64,000 bases of DNA from an uncultured Verrucomicrobiae bacterium (GTDB lineage: Bacteria; Verrucomicrobiota; Verrucomicrobiia; Limisphaerales; Palsa-1400). Positions 59,330 through 64,000 of the stretch are shown piece after piece. The number at the start of each line of letters is the position of its first letter. Position 1 is the stretch's first letter. The translations under genes were made by a program, and so were the position numbers. The stretch is from contig CAVXRD010000002.1 in NCBI GenBank assembly GCA_963764165.1, forward strand, positions 928,001 through 992,000. Reading direction: 5' to 3'. Under the pieces are notes generated by a model, which was not told where the DNA came from, made no database searches, and saw only the letters and a program-made list of their open reading frames with translations.

Positions 59330-59830
59330 TTAAGCTGCCAACTGACGGCGGGTTTCTTCAGCTAACCGCTGCTGGTCTTCCGGCGTCAGTACCTTGCCTG
59401 TCACCAAGCCGGTCGTATGCACCACCAGCGTGACGACTTCGCGCTTCACTTCGGCCAGCATGCGCTGGCGCTCGAGTTCAGCGGATTCGCGGGCTTTGAT
59501 GATGATCTGCTCGGCGGCGGCGATGGCTTTCTGCGTTTCAGTTTCCTGGACGCGAGCGGCGGCGGCGCGGGCTTCCTCGATTAGCTTGTTGGCCTGGGCG
59601 TTGGCTTTTTCCAAAACTTCGCGCTGGGCCACTTCGGTGCGGGCGAGTTCCACTTTGATTTTATCGGCGTTGTTGATGCCTTCCGCGATCCGCTCGCGGC
59701 GCTGCTGCAACATCGCCAGGACCGGACCATAAGCCCACTTCGACAGCACGAACAAGATAATGCCGAAATTAATCGTCTGGGCCAGCAACTCCCGCCAGTC
59801 GATTCCAAGATGGTCTAAGGTCTCCTTCAT
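59330..59830 (-). CDS. atpF: ATP synthase F0 subunit b
   Basis: QTINFGI TM followed by an Ala/Glu-rich coiled coil. Confidence 0.93.
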   Translation of the reverse strand: MKETLDHLGIDWRELLAQTINFGIILFVLSKWAYGPVLAMLQQRRERIAEGINNADKIKVELARTEVAQREVLEKANAQANKLIEEARAAAARVQETETQKAIAAAEQIIIKARESAELERQRMLAEVKREVVTLVVHTTGLVTGKVLTPEDQQRLAEETRRQLAA

Positions 59831-59839
59831 AAAACCGGT

Positions 59840-60055
59840 TTATCGCGTCACCACGAAGAACGTCAAGATGGCCAGACCTTCCGCGAGCGCCATTCCGATA
59901 ATGCCGACCAGGAAGATTTTGCCGAATGCGCCGGGGTTGCGGCCAATGGCTTCGGAGGCTTTGGCCGCCGTCATTCCGACGCCCAGGGCGCCACCCAAAC
60001 CAACCAATGCGACGGCGATGTTTCCATTCAACGTCAATGCTTCAGCTGCTAACAT
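59840..60055 (-). CDS. atpE: ATP synthase F0 subunit c
   Basis: GxGxxxGxG helix, GRNP loop, carboxylate in ALAEG. Confidence 0.95.
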   Translation of the reverse strand: MLAAEALTLNGNIAVALVGLGGALGVGMTAAKASEAIGRNPGAFGKIFLVGIIGMALAEGLAILTFFVVTR

Positions 60056-60140
60056 ATTAATTATTTCCTTTCACTATTGTTTGTGTTGCATCGCAACCGC
60101 CCGCGCGCAGCACGGTCACAGTTGCAAAATTCGTTTCCGG

Positions 60141-61085
60141 TCAATGGGCGTGCGAGGCTCCCTCTTCCTCCTCATGCGAGCAAAGCGTGCTTATGAACGC
60201 GATGCACAGGAGGGTAAAGACGAGCGCCTGCACAAAGGCCACGACCAATTCCAGAAAATAGAACGGCACCGCCGGCAATCCCCACGCTTTGTGGAGCATG
60301 ATCGCCAGCACGCTTTCGCCGCCGTAGATATTCCCGTAAAGACGCATGGCCAGCGCCACAGGGCGAATGAAAATGGAAACGACTTCAATGCAGCCGATGA
60401 AGGCGAACACCAGCGCCAACGGAATGACCGCCGCGCCCTTGATGCCACCTTTAACGCCGAAAACGTGCTTCACCAATCCGAACGGGCCGTTATAACGAAA
60501 AGCCCAATAGGTGCTCATGACGAAGAAGATGGCCGACATCGCGATGGTGGTATTGGCGTCCGCCGTCGGCGCGCGGAACAGAGGTCGATCCGCTTCTTTC
60601 AGCGCGAAGGGCAAGCTGCTGTGGTGGCTGTACTGGCCCCAGCCAATGCTGCCAATGCCAGGAAGCAGCGCCAACAGGTTGGACATGACGATGAAAATGA
60701 AAAACGTCGCGATGAGAGGAAAGACCCATCCAACAACCTTCGGCTCAAGCAAACCTTTGGTCAGGTCTTCGAGGCCTTCCACCGCCATCTCGATGGCGTT
60801 TTGCAGTCCGCTGGGAATGACTTTCAAATTGGAAGTTCCCGCACGCACCACGACAAGAATGATGATGGCGATCACCCACGTATAAAGCATCGCATTGGTT
60901 ATTGGAATTCCAAGCGGCTCCCAAAGCACGATAGCTTTGGGAGATACCTTCGGTGCGGCTTCCTCTTCATTTTCCGCCGCAGCAGGAGCGCCCGCCGCAG
61001 GTTTCTCAGCCGTCTGCGCCACAAGCGGCGAGATCGGACAGCCCAGCAGGAAAAGCCACAAAATTGTAATTTTTATCAATCGCAT
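60141..61085 (-). CDS. atpB: ATP synthase F0 subunit a
   Basis: PSGLQN, PTAD.N, RPVALAMRLYGNI, ELVVAFVQALVF. Confidence 0.95.
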   Translation of the reverse strand: MRLIKITILWLFLLGCPISPLVAQTAEKPAAGAPAAAENEEEAAPKVSPKAIVLWEPLGIPITNAMLYTWVIAIIILVVVRAGTSNLKVIPSGLQNAIEMAVEGLEDLTKGLLEPKVVGWVFPLIATFFIFIVMSNLLALLPGIGSIGWGQYSHHSSLPFALKEADRPLFRAPTADANTTIAMSAIFFVMSTYWAFRYNGPFGLVKHVFGVKGGIKGAAVIPLALVFAFIGCIEVVSIFIRPVALAMRLYGNIYGGESVLAIMLHKAWGLPAVPFYFLELVVAFVQALVFTLLCIAFISTLCSHEEEEGASHAH

Positions 61086-61387
61086 TGGACAATCATCCCT
61101 ATCGTTCACACATAGGGGCACCTCGTCGCCGAAGCCGGCCAAAGCCGTAGCGGCGAAAGAGGGGACGAAATTGCATCATCGTGAAATTTTTCACAAGCGT
61201 TTTTTTTGGGAAAATTTATCGGCGGGATTGGACGCTGTCGAGCGCTTGTATAAAATGCGTGGCGCGGTTTCAGCAATGCATGGGAAGAATGGGAATAATG
61301 AGACGGATGTCTGTGGCCTCCGCCTTCAGACGCTTGCAAGATTACCGGCTATCAGCCGTATACTCCATTGTCCGATTGTCATGAATT

Positions 61388-62320
61388 ATGAAGAAACATA
61401 TCTGCGCCGCCGGAATGGCGGCTTGCTGCATTCTCAACCTCTCTGCCTTCGCGCAGACCAATGAACCCTCCGTCACAACCTCCGGCGACAATGGCGCCGA
61501 TTGGGCTCCATCCCTGGCCGGCAAATGGAAAATGGGTTTTTCCTCGGATTATTCCGCGGTAGCTGCGGGGCGCGTTGATTTTCCCGGCGCCAAAGGCGAA
61601 TCCGACGCCCAATCCGTCAACGCCAGTCTCACCGCGGAAATTCCAGTCAACGACAAGTGGTTCGTTCCCCTCGCCCTTTCATCGCACAATATCTTTCCAG
61701 GCGCGGTCACGGGCGCTCCGATTCCATATCAAATTGACACGCTCGGCTTGAACGCGGGCGCGGGCTATCGCCTCAACAGCGAATGGACCATTGCGGCGGC
61801 GGCCGGTCCGCGCTTTTACCGCATTTACGACACGGACAGCGGGGACATCGGCGTCGGCGGCGCCATTCGCGCCACTTACTTGTTTCGCCCGAACCTTACC
61901 TTTGCCTTCGGCTTTGCCGTTGATCCTGACCGCGATATTCCAGTGCTTCCCGGGGCGGGGTTGAAATGGGACATCCGCGATGATCTCACACTGAGCGTCA
62001 TGTTCCCGCGTTCCGGGCTGACGTATCATATTGATCATCGCTTGAGCTTGTTTGCCGGGTTTGACGGCGAATTCGCCGTGTTCCGCGGCGAAGACAACAT
62101 GGGCAGCAAAATTGGCTTGCCGCAATACAACAACGCGCTGGGAACCTATCGCGATTTCCATGCGGGCGTTGGAGTGGAATATCGGCTCGTTCGCGGACTG
62201 ACGGCGTCGGTTGAAGGCGGTTATTCCTTCGACCGCGAGATGGATTATCAGCGCATCGACCAGACGGTGAAATTTGATTCCGCGCCTTACGTGCAGGTGG
62301 GATTCCGCTATCATTTCTAA
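61388..62320 (+). CDS. Outer membrane beta-barrel protein (DUF6268-like)
   Basis: Signal peptide, amphipathic strands, PVLP...W, FPR, C-terminal YHF. Confidence 0.75.
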   Translation: MKKHICAAGMAACCILNLSAFAQTNEPSVTTSGDNGADWAPSLAGKWKMGFSSDYSAVAAGRVDFPGAKGESDAQSVNASLTAEIPVNDKWFVPLALSSHNIFPGAVTGAPIPYQIDTLGLNAGAGYRLNSEWTIAAAAGPRFYRIYDTDSGDIGVGGAIRATYLFRPNLTFAFGFAVDPDRDIPVLPGAGLKWDIRDDLTLSVMFPRSGLTYHIDHRLSLFAGFDGEFAVFRGEDNMGSKIGLPQYNNALGTYRDFHAGVGVEYRLVRGLTASVEGGYSFDREMDYQRIDQTVKFDSAPYVQVGFRYHF

Positions 62321-62375
62321 TCATGGGAGCAATGGGAATAATGGGACGGCGCGGCAGGAGCCTCGCCCCGCGTCA

Positions 62376-63839
62376 TCAGCCTGAGTGCGCCATCGCGTGG
62401 TGCTGGCTGACGGCTCCTCCGTCGTCATCCTTCAATTGGCGGAAGATCAACGACGAGAACACCGTCAAAATGCCCAGCGCGAGGAATGCCTCATGCACAC
62501 CGTGAATCATTTCGTGTGGCGGCGTGTTTTGCAACCGATTCGGAATGAACAGCGCCGTGGCCAGCGAAGCCGTTGCCACGCCAAAGCTGATGGACATTTG
62601 CTGCATGGTGCTGGCAATCGTGCTGGCGCTGCTGGCCAAATCTTCGCCGATGTCCGCATACACCAGCGTGTTCATGCTGGTGTATTGCAGCGAGGTGAAA
62701 AATCCGTAGGCGAAGGCTTGGATTACGATGAGCCAGACGGGCGTCTTCGCGCCGATGGTTGCAAAGAGCACAATCAGCAAACTAATGATGATTGTATTTG
62801 ACAGCAGGACGGCGCGATAGCCGAAATAGCGCAAAATTCGCGGCATGAACATTTTCAAACTCATCGCCGCCAGCGCTTGCGGCATCAACAGCAAGCCGGA
62901 TTGAATTGGCGTGTAGCCGAGCCCCACTTGGTAGAGAAGTGGAAATAGAAATGGAATGCCGCCAATCCCGAGCCGCGTGAAAAAACTTCCCGCGACCGAA
63001 GCGCGAAACGTCCGAATCCGAAACAGCGCCAGCTTGAGCAGCGGAAATGGAATCCGCGTGGCGCGAAATCCATAGGCCGCCAGGCAGCACGCCGAAATCG
63101 AGAGCAGCCCGGCAATCGCCAAAGGGCCAAGCGTGTGCTCCCCGAAAACTTCGAGGACGTAAGACAAAATGGCCACGCCGCACCCAAACGTCACCAAACC
63201 CGGAATGTCGAGCGGATGTGTGACCGGTTCGCTGTAATCCGGCAAGTGTTTGTAAACGAGATAAAGCCCGAGAATGCCAATGGGCATGTTTACAAAAAAG
63301 ATCACCCGCCAATGGAAATAGCCCACGATAAAGCCGCCCGCCAGCGGCCCGAGCATGGGGCCAATCAGCGCCGGGACGGAAACAAAACTCATCGCCTGCA
63401 CGAGTTCTGATTTTGGAAATGCGCGGACCATCGTCAATCGCCCCACTGGCACCATCATCGCCCCGCCGCACCCCTGCAAAATCCGGCAGGCGACCAGCAC
63501 ATGAATATTGCTGGAAATGCCGCACAAAAAGGAGCCGAGCGTAAAAAGCCCAATGGCCGAGGCAAACACGCGCCGGGTGCCAAAGCGGTCCGCCATCCAG
63601 CCGCTGATGGGGATAAAAACGGCGAGGCTCAGCGTATAGCTCGAAAGCACCGCCTTCATGCTCAACGGCGCCACGTCAAGGGCGCGCGCTATGGCGGGAA
63701 CGGCGGTGTTGAGAATCGTCGTGTCGAGCGATTCCATGAAGAAGGCCACCGCAACAAGCCACGGCAGCACCCTTTTCACCGACTCGCTCGTGGTGGGTGG
63801 CGCAGTCGGCGCGCTGGCCTTGGCCGGAATCATTTCCAT
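62376..63839 (-). CDS. DHA2 (EmrB/QacA) family MFS transporter
   Basis: FMESLDTTILN.A.P, SGWMADRFG.RR, WRVIFFVN.P; about 14 TMs. Confidence 0.93.
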   Translation of the reverse strand: MEMIPAKASAPTAPPTTSESVKRVLPWLVAVAFFMESLDTTILNTAVPAIARALDVAPLSMKAVLSSYTLSLAVFIPISGWMADRFGTRRVFASAIGLFTLGSFLCGISSNIHVLVACRILQGCGGAMMVPVGRLTMVRAFPKSELVQAMSFVSVPALIGPMLGPLAGGFIVGYFHWRVIFFVNMPIGILGLYLVYKHLPDYSEPVTHPLDIPGLVTFGCGVAILSYVLEVFGEHTLGPLAIAGLLSISACCLAAYGFRATRIPFPLLKLALFRIRTFRASVAGSFFTRLGIGGIPFLFPLLYQVGLGYTPIQSGLLLMPQALAAMSLKMFMPRILRYFGYRAVLLSNTIIISLLIVLFATIGAKTPVWLIVIQAFAYGFFTSLQYTSMNTLVYADIGEDLASSASTIASTMQQMSISFGVATASLATALFIPNRLQNTPPHEMIHGVHEAFLALGILTVFSSLIFRQLKDDDGGAVSQHHAMAHSG

Positions 63840-63855
63840 CCCAGCAACACGTATC

Positions 63856-63999
63856 TCATTTTTCTTTGTTCAGCAACAGATCGAACACCTTGTCGTAAAG
63901 GTTTTCCAGTTGCTCGCTGATGCGCGACAGCTCGCGGACGCGATCGGGTTGGGTATCGTTTTGGCTCGCGACCTTGGCCAGGTTCCAACCGTACGTCAG
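63856..63999 (-). CDS. 3' end of an unidentified CDS (partial)
   Basis: Open frame ...LTYGWNLAKVASQNDTQPDRVRELSRISEQLENLYDKVFDLLLNKEK* ending 16 bp before the MFS start. Confidence 0.6.
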   Translation of the reverse strand: MTYGWNLAKVASQNDTQPDRVRELSRISEQLENLYDKVFDLLLNKEK

Positions 64000-64000
64000 C

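Noticed and set aside
59840..60055. Possible Na+-coupled or N-type ATPase
   Set aside because: Subunit c has AEG rather than ES/T, and the gene order is F-type with delta present.

Overview
Chromosomal window from a Verrucomicrobiota bacterium, probably Pedosphaera-like. The assignment rests on the 16S signature GCGTGGATAAGACATGC, an H-X9-DG prepilin-like protein and a short AtpH. It opens with the 5' part of a minus-strand rRNA operon (16S, tRNA-Ala, tRNA-Ile, start of 23S). Most of the rest is housekeeping genes: bioD, hpnD, coaC, ileS, cysE, hemW, tilS, glnS, leuD, clpS, mpl, and atpBEFHAG without atpDC. These are mixed with signalling genes, secreted or membrane enzymes, several decayed toxin-antitoxin genes and one IS5-family element that interrupts a PAS histidine kinase. 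The intergenic DNA is rich in palindromic REP/REPIN-like repeats of several families, including a three-level nested element and a 142-bp MITE inserted in the centre of a REP palindrome. Other notable items: an ArdC-like/HExxH gene coupled between a MASE1 hybrid kinase and a cytochrome c downstream of ileS; an iteron-like repeat cluster; a ~64-bp direct repeat bracketing a 3.9-kb segment; altered signature motifs in IleRS and a GH28 protein; and repeated leaderless-type promoters. No CRISPR array or prophage was seen. All family assignments come from motif recognition by eye, with no database searches.
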